A stretch of 63,097 nucleotides of DNA, the filler included, from Babesia bigemina (Eukaryota): assembly GCF_000981445.1 (NCBI RefSeq). It is 17 parts of 17 records of this genome, joined end to end, with 100 filler letters (N's around TTAATTAATTAA, not from the genome) between each part and the next. Parts side by side here need not be neighbours in the genome. Positions count along the whole stretch, not along the records: positions 1 to 11,279 come from NW_012237072.1; 16 more parts are not named here. One strand, 5' to 3'. The notes under the pieces were generated by a model that was not told where the DNA came from, searched no databases, and saw nothing but the letters and a program-made list of their open reading frames with translations. The position numbers and the translations under genes were made by a program. The number at the start of each line of letters is the position of its first letter. Within the stretch, counting starts at the first letter, position 1. This document shows, piece by piece, positions 1 through 11,379 of this stretch.

Positions 1-2
1 CT

Positions 3-3000
3 CTCAGTCTTAACAACCTTGTCGATGCAATAAGAGAAAATTGTGGAAAAAACAAGTATGACACGAATGGAATACAATTTACGTTGACTAAGGTCATGAT
101 GTTGATTGACAGTGAAATTGAAGACGCGATTGGATTGAGGGGTGGAAAACAGGATGGGCTTAGGAAAATTCACAAGGACCTTAGCACTCAACAAGGTGCG
201 TTAAATAACGCGGTCAATGCTGCTGAGAATTTCTACATTTCTGTAATCGAAAAATACGCTAACTCTACCATCGACTATCTGCAGAAGTTCGTCACAAGTG
301 AGGTTGACGGAGCGACCAAAGCTATACAAAGGAAAGCACAAGATGAGTATTATTCAAAAATGTATCCCATGTTCACCAACATGAAAACTGAAGTCACCTC
401 CCAAATCTCCGCCATCGAATCCATTATCGCCACTGACCTCACATCCGGCGTCAAAGGCCTCCTGCGGAAGGTGATGGAAAAGGGTGTCGATGAAAGTAAT
501 AAGCTGACTACATTGAGGCTTGCAGATCTTATCGATGCCAACAACAAGAAGAAAGTTGAAGAATTGTCTGGTAGATTTAAAAATTACGCGGACTCCGTTT
601 TATTCTATATTGGCTACCAGGTGGCCGGCCCGCATCCGGGTGAACCCGGTAAAAAAGTGGATTCCATTAAATCCAATATCCTAGCGCTTCTGAAGCATTT
701 AAAGACGTCTAGAATATATAATTACGACCACCAATTCACCTCCCTCCTCTCCCACCTCTCCTCCTCCCTCACCGCTCTCCACCCCTCCGCCTTCGCGAAC
801 CCCCGGCACCCGGAGCTGCTCGATGCGGTCAAGAAGGGGCTGCAGGGGTTTGTCACGGAGATGGGGAGGGTGTATGTGAACGGGTATGATGGAGGGGAGG
901 GGATTGATAAATTGAGTAATTTGGTTATTTTAAAGGATGATAAAGTGGATAAATTGACGGATGATGGCAGAAAGTTGTCGAAAGTATTTTTGACGATACT
1001 GCAGATACTGAGTGATGGTTTCTATAAGATGTCTACAGAATGCCCTAAATTGTGGAAAGACAAGCAAATTAATACGTATGAAGAAAATGCATTTGGTGAA
1101 TGGTTTACGGAGCAAGGATACGAAGTAAATTCGCAGGAGGGTAAGCAGCATGGTGAGCTGCAAGACAAGAGCGGCATGACAGGAAGTAACATTTATGATG
1201 AGCTTCTCACCAAACAATTGAAAACATTACCAGGCATTGATTTTAAAACGTGGAAAACAGAGATGTTTATGAAAAGGAAATCTAGTAACCAGAAGATTAA
1301 TGAGATCAACGTCGTCGACATTCTTCAATTCCTCTACGGACAGATAGAAAAGTTCTACCTTGCCAGTCACTTAAGACATATCGAAAGACCGAAAGCACCG
1401 TGTAATATATACCGGATGCTGTGCTGGCTTAGAGGCTTGTGGTACAGTCCCATGCGTCGCCCTGTTTACATACAGATGAAAAGTCTGTTTGCTAAGCCGA
1501 CTAAAGAGGACAAGCGAGATTACGGCGATATCAAGTATCATGAATTAATACAAGAGGCATCACAAAAGTTCACCGCAGAGACTGTGGCCTACAGTCTCAA
1601 TGACGTCTGCACCCAGGCCGGCACAGTACTGACTACCATCCTCGGTCACGGCCACCAGGACGGGCGGTATGCCTGTGAATTGCTTACCAACCCGGACGAT
1701 CTAGACTATCCAAGTAATGCTGGTGCGTGCTTTGACATGTTAGTTGACATGTTGCTCAGAGTGCAACACCAGTTGTATTTCTTGTTCACTCAGTGCTCAC
1801 GCACCAATGAGTCCACTAGTTGGCGCAAGTGCTGGTACGGTAAGGACATCGGTGGGTCCGACTGGAGGTGCAACAGTATCCAATGTGCCAACCAAATATG
1901 TAACCAAAACGGTGACCAAAGAGCCAACCAAAAGGACGGCCAAACATGTGAAAAGCATCCTGACTGCGGTCTGAAATCACCCCTCCAGTCATTTTTAGAA
2001 GACGGTCTGCAGGGCTTCCTTCCACATCAGTTTAAGAAGCCGGGATGCAAATTAGAATGCACTGCGTCAAACCACAGAGGCATTCCGTGCAAAACGCCGA
2101 TGGGCTTCACCGACCTCAGCGTAACAGCTTCAGACAGAGGCACGGGTGAGCGTCTTATGAAAGTGTTGAGTAAACTGTGCGGTGACTCAAACAGCCCCCT
2201 TAACAAAGTTTGCAGTTACCTGCAGTGTCTTCTCCAACGTCCTCCGGAGACGCTTGCTGACATGTTCAGCTTCTACTATCATCTTACCGATCGCTGGGGT
2301 ATGCATGGTCAAACGCATAAACAGCAGGCATTTGAAAAGAAAGTTAACGCTGCCAATTTCGGACGCAGTTATGGTGAGTTAAAAGTCTACCACTTATTTA
2401 CCCCTAGTCACTCAGCATTGAAGAAGGGCCACTCCGATGGCAGCCTGGGCAGTCTCGTATGCTTATCAAGGGACTCCGTCGTATGCGGTCCTTATCTGCG
2501 TCCCATCAGTCACGCCATCTACGAGACGTTCTCAGCAAAACACGCCGATAAATATTTATCGTGGATCGTTTACCTGACGGCGACGTTCTACGATCTGCTG
2601 AAAAAATTGTACGATGAGTGCAATTCCAAATGCGGTGCCAGGGGATCGAATTGCCACGTAAAAGCGTGCGTCAAGGGGTGTCCAACTACAACCATAGAGC
2701 AAGATCCGCCGCGATATCACGATCGCAACTGCAAATCCATTGTAAGCTGCAATTCAACGCTGCCGACATTGGCGAAGTACGGCTTTGTTTTCGGCGATCC
2801 AGAGAGGCTGAACAGGGATGGACAATCGCATACGAAACGCACGTGCAGAGATTTCTGTGATGTATTTAAGGAGGCATTTGAAGAAGACTCACATCTTGTG
2901 AAGTTTTTCAAAACCATTGATAATTTCATGTTCACCATCCGCGCACCCTTCATCTGGCTCAATGTCGCACTCTGGTCACTATCTCTCTTTTACCTCATCT

Positions 3001-3140
3001 GCGTAATGGTTGGCAGACTGGATGTGCTCCACATCAGGTCACACCTGAGGATACCGTCGTCGCACAAGATAACGGCGCAATCATTGTTGGCGGCAGCGCA
3101 AGTCGGAAGGCTTGCCAAGATATCGTATCTACAACCGTAA
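3..3140 (+). CDS. ves1: VESA1-like variant surface antigen, 5'-partial, type-A tail (AQVGRLAKISYLQP)
   Basis: Frame open from base 3. Cys-rich C-terminal region (KSPLQSFLEDGL, CKTPMGF, YLSWIVYL), one TM helix, ves1 cytoplasmic tail RLDVLHIRSHL..PSSHKI.AQSLLAAA. Confidence 0.9.
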   Translation, partial: LSLNNLVDAIRENCGKNKYDTNGIQFTLTKVMMLIDSEIEDAIGLRGGKQDGLRKIHKDLSTQQGALNNAVNAAENFYISVIEKYANSTIDYLQKFVTSEVDGATKAIQRKAQDEYYSKMYPMFTNMKTEVTSQISAIESIIATDLTSGVKGLLRKVMEKGVDESNKLTTLRLADLIDANNKKKVEELSGRFKNYADSVLFYIGYQVAGPHPGEPGKKVDSIKSNILALLKHLKTSRIYNYDHQFTSLLSHLSSSLTALHPSAFANPRHPELLDAVKKGLQGFVTEMGRVYVNGYDGGEGIDKLSNLVILKDDKVDKLTDDGRKLSKVFLTILQILSDGFYKMSTECPKLWKDKQINTYEENAFGEWFTEQGYEVNSQEGKQHGELQDKSGMTGSNIYDELLTKQLKTLPGIDFKTWKTEMFMKRKSSNQKINEINVVDILQFLYGQIEKFYLASHLRHIERPKAPCNIYRMLCWLRGLWYSPMRRPVYIQMKSLFAKPTKEDKRDYGDIKYHELIQEASQKFTAETVAYSLNDVCTQAGTVLTTILGHGHQDGRYACELLTNPDDLDYPSNAGACFDMLVDMLLRVQHQLYFLFTQCSRTNESTSWRKCWYGKDIGGSDWRCNSIQCANQICNQNGDQRANQKDGQTCEKHPDCGLKSPLQSFLEDGLQGFLPHQFKKPGCKLECTASNHRGIPCKTPMGFTDLSVTASDRGTGERLMKVLSKLCGDSNSPLNKVCSYLQCLLQRPPETLADMFSFYYHLTDRWGMHGQTHKQQAFEKKVNAANFGRSYGELKVYHLFTPSHSALKKGHSDGSLGSLVCLSRDSVVCGPYLRPISHAIYETFSAKHADKYLSWIVYLTATFYDLLKKLYDECNSKCGARGSNCHVKACVKGCPTTTIEQDPPRYHDRNCKSIVSCNSTLPTLAKYGFVFGDPERLNRDGQSHTKRTCRDFCDVFKEAFEEDSHLVKFFKTIDNFMFTIRAPFIWLNVALWSLSLFYLICVMVGRLDVLHIRSHLRIPSSHKITAQSLLAAAQVGRLAKISYLQP

Positions 3141-3298
3141 TCATCGTCACATTTGTAATTCACTGTAACTCACGTAACTACTCACCTAGCATATCACCTA
3201 CTCACCTAACTGACAAACGTAGTCTAATGTCTCGAATTACTCAAGGGGTAACGTGTGAACTAGATAGCACCTAGATTAGGTGATGAGTGAACAGCAAA

Positions 3299-3412
3299 GC
3301 AAAGTGCTAAGCTAGCACACAGGCAACGTGGTAACCTAGCAGCCAGGCAAAGTGCTAACCTAGCACCCAGGCAAAGTGCTAACCTAGCACCCAGGCAAAG
3401 TGCTGAGCTGGC
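3299..3412 (+). repeat. 24-bp tandem repeat (~4.5 units) with internal GTGCTA-n3-TAGCAC palindrome
   Basis: Unit gcaaagtgctaacctagcacccag. Related copies near 32255-32340 and 44620-44730 on the opposite strand. Confidence 0.8.
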
Positions 3413-3925
3413 GGATGAACCGTATTTTGGTGGGTGTCGTAGCACGTTGATTTATTGTTGCGTTGAGTTACGCGTTGACTGTGAGAGGCGTCCGCGTCGC
3501 CCATTGAGTGAGTGTCACGTGAGGCTGGGTGATTGGTCGCTAACGTAGGCGGCCGTGAGGGCCGCGGCGGGTGACCTAAGTCGTGTGTTGCGAGTCACTG
3601 GCAGGGTGGCGTAATCCGCGTTGGCCTGGGTAAGTAGCGTTTATAGGCGGCAATGTAGCGATTGTTAATATCACATTTAGGCACGTAGCCGACACGCTCC
3701 GCCAGTATGGCGCCGATACCGCGGCTCGTAGCAGGGTGCTGCTGCACTGTGGGAGTTGAGCGCACGGGGCTCGCTGCAATTTCTATAGCGTTGCGAATAA
3801 TGAATAATTTAGAGTGACAGTTGGTGCTGATCACATGCGTCGCGTCAGGGCAGCTGTGGTATCCCGGGCAGCGTGGGTGTCGGTGGCCGGGGCTGGGGGG
3901 ATACAGGGGTGAGGGTACGTGTTGA

Positions 3926-4690
3926 TGAGGGGACTGGGAGCGGCAGTGGTACGTGTTGCAGTTGGTGAGTGCTTGCTAGGTGATTGATATGTTTGCAGGT
4001 TGAGGGGACTGGGAGCGGCAGTGGTAGTGTTGCAGTTGGTGAGTGCGTTGCTTGAGTGATTGATATGTTCGCAGGTTGAGGGGACTGGGAGCGGCAGTGG
4101 TAGTGTTGCAGTTGGTGAGTGCTGCTTAGGTTATTGATATGTTTGCAGGTTGAGGGGACTGGGAGCGGCAGTGGTACGTGTTGCAGTTGGTGAGTGCTGC
4201 TTAGGTGATTGATATGTTCGCAGGTTGAGGGGACTGGGAGCGGCAGTGGTAGTGTTGCAGTTGGTGAGTGCTGCTTAGGTTATTGATATGTTTGCAGGTT
4301 GAGGGGACTGGGAGCGGCAGTGGTACGTGTTGCAGTTGGTGAGTGCTGCTTAGGTGATTGATATGTTCGCAGGTTGAGAGGACTGGGCGCGGCAGCGGTA
4401 CGTGTTGCAGTTGGTGAGTGCTTGCATAGGTGATTGATATGTTTGCAGGTTGAGTGACTGGGAGCGACAGTGGTGCGTGTCGCAGTTGGTGAGTGCTTGC
4501 TTGAGTGATTGATATGTCTGCAGGTTGAGGGGACTGGGAGCGGCAGTGGTAGTGTTGCAGTTGGTGAGTGCTACTTGAGTGATTGATATGTTCGCAGGTT
4601 GAGGGGACTGGTAGCGGCAGTGGTACGTGTTGCAGTTGGTGAGTGCTACTTGAGTGATTGATATGTTCGCAGGTTGAGGGGACTGGGAGG
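3926..4690 (+). repeat. ~75-bp tandem array (~10 units)
   Basis: Unit gttgaggggactgggagcggcagtggta(c)gtgttgcagttggtgagtgc..gtgattgatatgtt(t/c)gcag. Confidence 0.95.
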
Positions 4691-4701
4691 GAGAGGGGAA
4701 G

Positions 4702-5220
4702 ATGGTTTATTACAAGTGTATATGTGGTACTGGGTGTATACAGTTTCAATCATGTAACTGTTGTCCTTGGTGTTGTAAAGAATGTGTAAAAGATTTTTTT
4801 AACAGTTGCGGTGTATGTGCAGCATATTCCCAAGTGAACCGGCTTAAGAAGCAATGCAATCGTAACGGATGCAACGCCGGAAAACAAAATTGCACTAATA
4901 TTTACAAGTGTGAATGTAACTGTTGTTTTCAGCAACGTAAACTTCAACCTCTTCCCCCAGCTCCCTCCGGTGATTTGTCTCACACCGCCAGTGAACCGCA
5001 GACGTTCGCTCTCTCCACTGAACCAAATCCCGTTGACATCTCTGATGCAGGAGACTCTCCACCTTCCCCCCCTCCCTACTCCGCCATCGCCGCCGTCATC
5101 GTTGCCATCATCGTCGCCATCATCCTGCTCGACCTGTGCATCTTCCGCTTCCCGGTGGGCCGCAACATCCGCGATTTCCTCGTACGCAAGATACCCTTCT
5201 GCATCGCGTTCTACAGCTAA
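4702..5220 (+). CDS. Small Cys-rich single-pass membrane protein (172 aa), function unknown
   Basis: ATG start, Cys-rich N-terminus, Pro-rich linker, TM helix. Tail RFPVGRNIRDFLVRKIPFCIAFYS is identical to that of the paralogue at 30373-30912. Confidence 0.8.
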   Translation: MVYYKCICGTGCIQFQSCNCCPWCCKECVKDFFNSCGVCAAYSQVNRLKKQCNRNGCNAGKQNCTNIYKCECNCCFQQRKLQPLPPAPSGDLSHTASEPQTFALSTEPNPVDISDAGDSPPSPPPYSAIAAVIVAIIVAIILLDLCIFRFPVGRNIRDFLVRKIPFCIAFYS

Positions 5221-5357
5221 ACTCAGCAATTTGTTAGCGCTGAAATCGTCATCCAAATTCCACTGATCACCTAACTGGCAACTGACATCTAATGTTGTAG
5301 ACAGCGTAATGGTTGCGTTGATGACCAATCGCATGAGCAGTGAGGTGACCTAGCACA

Positions 5358-5605
5358 TGACCAAAGTGCTGACCTATGTGCTGACCAACGTGCTGACCAA
5401 AGTGCTGACCAATGACATGACCAAAGTGGTGACCAAAGCCATGACCAAAGTGTTGACCAATACCATGACCAATGCCATGACCAAAGTGTCGACCAACGTG
5501 TTGACCAATGTGCTGACCAATGCCATGACCAGAGTGCTGACCAATGCCATGACCAAAGTGCTGACCAAAGCGCTGACCAAAGTGGTGACCAAGCACCTGA
5601 CCAAG
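5358..5605 (+). repeat. 12-bp array (GTGCTGACCAAN variants)
   Basis: TGACCAA core at 12-bp period. Confidence 0.9.
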
Positions 5606-5608
5606 TTG

Positions 5609-5668
5609 ATGGTCACGGCAGCGATGACATGGTCACGGCAGCGATGCATGGTTACGGCAGCGATGACA
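5609..5668 (+). repeat. 20-bp array (ATGGTCACGGCAGCGATGAC), ~3 units
   Basis: Direct reading of units. Confidence 0.85.
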
Positions 5669-5714
5669 GTGGTGACCAAGCAGATGACAGTGGTGAGCAG
5701 AGTGGTGATTAACA

Positions 5715-7590
5715 ATCTACTCTACATCGCCCCTTAACCCACTCTACATCGCCCATTTACCCACTCTACATCGCTCCCTAACCCACTCTACATCGCTCCC
5801 TAATCCACTCTACATCGCTCCTTTATCCACTCTACATCGCTCCCTAACCCACTCTACATCGCTCCCTAATCCACTCTACATCGCTCCTTTATCCACTCTA
5901 CATCGCTCCTAATCCACTCCACATCGCCCCTTTACCCACTCTACATCGCCCCTTTACCCACTCCACATCGCCCCTTAACCCACTCTACATCGCTCCTTTA
6001 CCCACTCTACATCGCCCCTTAACCCACTCTACATCGCTCCTTTATCCACTCCACATCGCCCCTTAACCTCTCTACATCGCTCCCTTACCCACCCTTCATC
6101 GCTCCTTTACCCACTCCACATCGCCCCTTTATCCACTCTACATCGCTCCCTTAACCCACTCTACATCGCTCCTTTATCAACTCTACATCGCCCCTTAATC
6201 CACTCTACATCGCCCCTTTATTCACTCTACATCGCCCCTTTATTCACTCTACATCGCTCCTTAACCCACTCTACATCGCTCCTTTATCCACTCTACATCG
6301 CCCCTTTGACCACTCTACATCGCTCCTTAACCCACTCTACATCGCCCTTTTATCCACTCTACATCGCCCCTTTATCCACTCTACATCGCCCCTTTATCCA
6401 CCTTACATCGCCCCTTAACCTCCTCTAATCGCCCCTTTACCCACTCTACATCGCCCCTTTATCCACTCCACATCGCTCCTTTACCCACTCCACATCGCTC
6501 CCTTACCCACTCTACATCGCTCCTCTATCCACTCTACATCGCCCCTTAACCCACTCTACATCGCCCCTTTACCCACTCTACATCGCCCCTTAATCCACTC
6601 TACATCGCTCCCTAACCCACTCCACATCGCTCCCTTACCCACTCTACATCGCCCCTTAACCCACTCCACATCGCCCCCTAATCCACTCTACATCGCCCCC
6701 TAACCCACTCCACATCGCCCCTTAACCCACTCCACATCGCTCTACATCGCCCCTTAACCCACTCTACATCGCCCCTTAACCCACTCTACATCGCCCCTTT
6801 ACCCACTCTACATCGCTCCTTAACCCACTCTACATCGCTCCTTTACCCACTCTACATCGCCCCTTTACCCACTCTACATCGCCCCTTTAATCCACTCTAC
6901 ATCGCCCCTTAACCCACTCTACATCGCCCCTTAACCCACTCTACATCGCCCCTTTATCCACTCTACATCGCCCCTTTACCCACTCTACATCGCCCCTTTA
7001 TCCACTCTACATCGCCCCTTAACCCACTCTACATCGCTCCCTAACCCACTCTACATCGCTCCCTAATCCACTCTACATCGCCCCTTTACCCACTCTACAT
7101 CGCCCCTTTACCCACTCTACATCGCTCCCTAACCCACCCTACATCGCTCCTCTATCCACTCTACATCGCTCCCTAACCCACTCTACATCGCTCCCTAACC
7201 CACTCTACATCGCTCCTTAACCCACTCTACATCGCTCCTTTATCCACTACACATCGCTCCCTCTAATCCACTCTACATCGCCCCTTTACCCACTCTACAT
7301 CGCCCCTTAATCCACTCTACATCGCTCCTTAACCCACTCCACATCGCCCCTTAATCCACTCTACATCGCTCCTTAACCCACTCTACATCGCTCCTTAATC
7401 CACCTTACATCGCTCCCTAACCCACTCCACATCGCCCCTTTATCCACTCCACATCGCTCCTTTATCCACCCTTCATCGCTCCTTTATCCACCCTTCATCG
7501 CCCCTTAACCCACTCTACATCTCCCCTAGTCCACTCCACATCGCCCCTTTATCCACCTTACATCGCCCCTTAACCCACTCTACATCGCTC
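5715..7590 (+). repeat. 22-bp array (CCACTCTACATCGCYCCYTWAY)
   Basis: About 1.9 kb of 22-bp units ending ~25 bp before the ves1 leader ATG at 7615. Confidence 0.97.
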
Positions 7591-7614
7591 GAATTACCTC
7601 GCCATACTACCGCT

Positions 7615-10600
7615 ATGACCTCTATAAACCATGATAATAACTTGTGCCTTGTCACCCATCACCTCCCCTCTTCCACTGCTTGCCACTGCCCTGACCATGT
7701 GCCGCCTGGGGAGCTTGACAATAATTTTGACAAAATTTTGAACCTTAAAATTACCTCAAATAACAACCCTACTAACATCCTTAATAACCTCTGCTCCGGC
7801 CTCGAAAAGTTTCTCGGCTTCAACTCTGACTCCAAAGGCTACGACGGCACTGGGATTGTGTACTCGGACCTGGACAGGCTGTGTGACGGGGTGATGGGAT
7901 TTTTGAGTGGTGTTCTCAGTAACATCCAAGGCCATTTAGGGCAGCATAAAGATACAATAGAGCCTGTAATTAAGGTACTTGAAGAGAAAAAACACGCCGG
8001 TAAAGAAGGTTTTAATGCTGCGATTGAAAGTGTGGTCGCAGGGGTGCGGGAGTATAATGGTAATGTAAAGTCTTCTAATGAAGCAGTGATTGAGCCCCTT
8101 CAATTACTGCTCGACTACACCAAGAAAAATGGAGGTGAGTTGATTACTAGCATTAATAATATTCAGGCTGAGAGTCATCGTCTGGATCCACAGCTGGCCG
8201 ACGCCGTAAGGTCCTGCGGGGACCGGCTGAAGGAGGCCACAGAGAGGAGCAAGAGGTGCGCGGAATTTCTGGACCCCAAGGCAAATAACAACACTAAGAT
8301 GAAAAAAAACATTTATGACCTTAATGATAAGTTGCGTGACAAAGTGTTGCATGTTCGTAAGCTTGTTGAGTACGAGAGCCAGCGGCTGGCCAGCGTGCAT
8401 AAGCGGAAAGACGCTGAGTTGAAGGAGACGACGGAGAAGATTAAGACAAGTTTTCGCAATCTCAAGAGCTGCATCAACAAGCAGGTGGGTGACGATATAG
8501 ATAAGCTTGTTAAAAGTTTAATGGTGAGGGTGCAGAAAATTTTGAAGAAGCTGAGGGAGATTAGTAGCAATTTAGAGAAGTATATCAGTGAGCTGGGAGC
8601 GTGGATAAAGGAGGCCGAGGAGTTCGCTACTGCGGCGTTGGAAAGGATTAATAAGATATTAAAACACATGGATGGGACTGCAAGTACGTATACCATGAAT
8701 ATAAAAACGGCGGCCGAGTCACTTGGTCGGGATGTTGAGGACCTTCACAGGGCTGGCAAAAACGTGAAAGATAATATTGCGGATTGGGTGACAAAGGGAA
8801 CGGAGAAAGCAAAACAGCTGGAAGGTTGGAAGACAGCGGCGCAGAGTGTTATCAGTGAAGCTGTTAAGAAGGCGAAAGAGGTGCACGAAGCGTTGGATCA
8901 TGGACAACATGATGCACTAAAACATGAACTTGGTTACAACCTCGAGGAAATACGGAAGGCAGGAGAAGCAGTTGGCGCCGCTAATAATAAGCTGCAGCAG
9001 TATGTTGGAGAGTTGGAGCATTGGAATACGGAGGCCACGGATGTAGTTGGCAAGGCGGATGCAAAATGTAGAGAATTATTTAAAAAATTGGATGACACGT
9101 ATGTAACTAATCGTATGAATGGAACAAAGATAAGGCAGGAAGCTATGGAATTAGAAAGAAAAGGCAAAGCGTTATTGAACGCTTACAATAAAGCGCATAC
9201 AGGTCTTGGGTCCTTAGTCAGAAATATTAAGGAGCAGGTAAATGGACTAAAAAAACACATTGTCAAAGATTTGGAGTTGTTGAAAGGTCAAGTCGAGAAG
9301 GGAATTGAAACGCATGTCAAAAAAATTATAAACGCAGTATTGGGAGCAACGGAAAAATCTAACATGCTAGAATACGATAGCGCATTAGGTCTTAAAGATT
9401 TGCAAAATGGTGTACAATTAACGGATGCATGGAAAAAAATTTTTGAGGGCCTCGACGTCAGCTTGAAACAAAATTCAATTGCGACACATATTGAAATGCT
9501 GTTGTTACAATTAAAAAGCAAGCTAGGTGGGCAATATAATTACGACACTTTGTCTGAAGTTTCAGGCCTTAAGAAAACGCTTACAAACATTATTGAAGAG
9601 TTCAAGAAAGCATCAAGTGAACCGTTCAAGGATCCTACAACAATGACACGCGAAAGTGATGAATTCATGACAGTTATGCATAACTATCATACAAACATAC
9701 AAGATAAGACGCTGCTGCAAAAGATGATTGGCAACGTTAATGGCGCGCTTAAAGATTTCGAGAAACTGGAGGCTTTCAGAGATAAAGAACAAACTGCCCA
9801 AAGACTCACGAATGGCGCTATTGATGATGCTGAGAAAGCTGTTAAAATGCATGTAACTACGATTATAAGTGAGCTGAAGGAGGCCGCTTGGTTCATTGAT
9901 AAGAGCAAGAACAACGGCAATACTCCTAGCGGTTACAGCGGTGACAAAAATGGTATCAAAGATTACATGGTTTTGCTAAGCAACGGTCTTGGTGATACGT
10001 CGAATTGGAGATCACACGGAACTGGTAAAGTGTCTGGCCTCCAAACGATCACTACTGCTATTCGGCAATTGCATCAAGACAGTCTGAACAGAAGCATCAC
10101 AATCACCGGTGGCATCGGCAACATTGGGATTGAGCTCACCAACCTTCGAAATAACATCTTGCTCAACAGTGACAAGAAGGACGTGATCAACAGATTGGAA
10201 GATCTGCATGACGCCGGCTTTGCCAATAATGAAACCTGGCCTGATCAAGCATCCACCAAGGGCCTCGAGACCATCAAGCAAGACATCACCAACGCTCTCA
10301 GTGACATACAAACCCAGGTTACCGATAACCTGGGAATCCTCACCACCTTTGATGAGGCAGCTCTCAAACAGTTCGAAGCGGTGAAGGAGAATCTCACACA
10401 GCTCTGCGAGGCCATCAAAACTGAAGGCACATACGGCGTGGATAATCTCAGGGCATTGCTCAATACGACGATAAAGGAGAAATTGGCGCGTATTAAGAAC
10501 AAACTTGGTGAGCTACAAACCTTTGATTTAAGCGCTGCAATCAGGGATGCTGAGAACTTCCTCACCAGCGCCGATCCAACAGCCCAGGCAACAATCACGT

Positions 10601-11279
10601 CAATCAGAGGCGTAGTAAGCTCCAACGTCGAAGAAGCCCAGAACGATCTCATCACCCAAGTCAACAAGAACTACGTCACGTCAGTGAAAGCCATTCTGCT
10701 AGAGTTCGCGGAGAAAGCCGAGAAGGAGTTGGCGCCTCTACCTAAGGAAATCACCGACGATTTGGACATCGGTTACAAGGGGTTCATGAAGAAATTTGAG
10801 AAGCACTTCGTAACGCACGAAAAGTCAATCAAGACCATCAAAGACATAAATCCTAAGCCCGTTGCGCAAGAAAAATCACCAATGAGTCAGGCGGCAGCAA
10901 AGTTCTTTGGAAGCCTAAATAGGTTTTTGCATGATCTAGAGAAGCAGCCGGACTTCAAAACGGACTATGAAAAAATTAAGCCAACACGTGACGCGCTGGC
11001 TAAGTTGTTCGGAGATCTTGTCACTTCGGAGTACTTCAATCACGAGTTTTCTCGAAATCTATCGGCGCTGAAAGTAACGCTCAGTGAATTGAAGCCTTCA
11101 TTATATGGTGAAGGGAATACCCCTTCGCTTCTCAATGCTCTGAAGAACGGTTTCACGACTTCGGCAACGGAGCTCAACAATGCGTACATCTCGACCTACG
11201 ACAGTGAGAGGTTTGGTGCTGAGCTCGTCGAAAAAGATAAACTAACAGCGTACGGAACCAAGTTAAGTAAGGTCTGCTT
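7615..11279 (+). CDS. ves1: VESA1-like antigen, N-terminal and long helical region, 3'-partial
   Basis: Leader MTSINHDNNLCLVT in frame with LNNLCSGLEKFLGF..GIVYSDLDRLCDGVMGFLSGVL. Open to the gap. Confidence 0.85.
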
Positions 11280-11379
11280 NNNNNNNNNNNNNNNNNNNNN
11301 NNNNNNNNNNNNNNNNNNNNNNNTTAATTAATTAANNNNNNNNNNNNNNNNNNNNNNNNNNNNNNNNNNNNNNNNNNNN
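11280..11379. other. Artificial contig spacer (N44-TTAATTAATTAA-N44). Identical spacers start at 16596, 18986, 23926, 28556, 32345, 36343, 38436, 40650, 42880, 45978, 48176, 51168, 54868, 57220 and 60987
   Basis: Fixed 100-bp design with stop codons in all six frames. Unrelated sequence on either side. Confidence 0.99.

Noticed and set aside
3595..3834. 79-aa antisense ORF also called at 44195-44434
   Set aside because: GTG start in a eukaryote, and the third copy (~31831-32069) is frameshifted. DNA-level conservation explains it.
4201..4749. Antisense ORFs through the 75-bp arrays (also 43554-43982)
   Set aside because: Unit length varies 73-76 bp, so the frame drifts, and no equivalent ORF is conserved among the three arrays.
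5267..5737. ORFs such as (VLTN)n, (GQHF)n and (LVST)n over 12-mer arrays, also near 12918, 27346, 33811, 42349 and 57774
   Set aside because: A 12-bp period keeps several frames open on both strands, and no start or end is conserved. Treated as repeat artefacts.
8500..10700. Resemblance of the long helical region to bacterial Ebh-like or SMC-like coiled-coil proteins
   Set aside because: Generic helical composition. Flanking ves1 motifs define the family.
11324..11335. Recurrent TTAATTAATTAA palindrome
   Set aside because: Always centred in N44/N44. It is an assembly spacer, and adjacency across it has no biological meaning.
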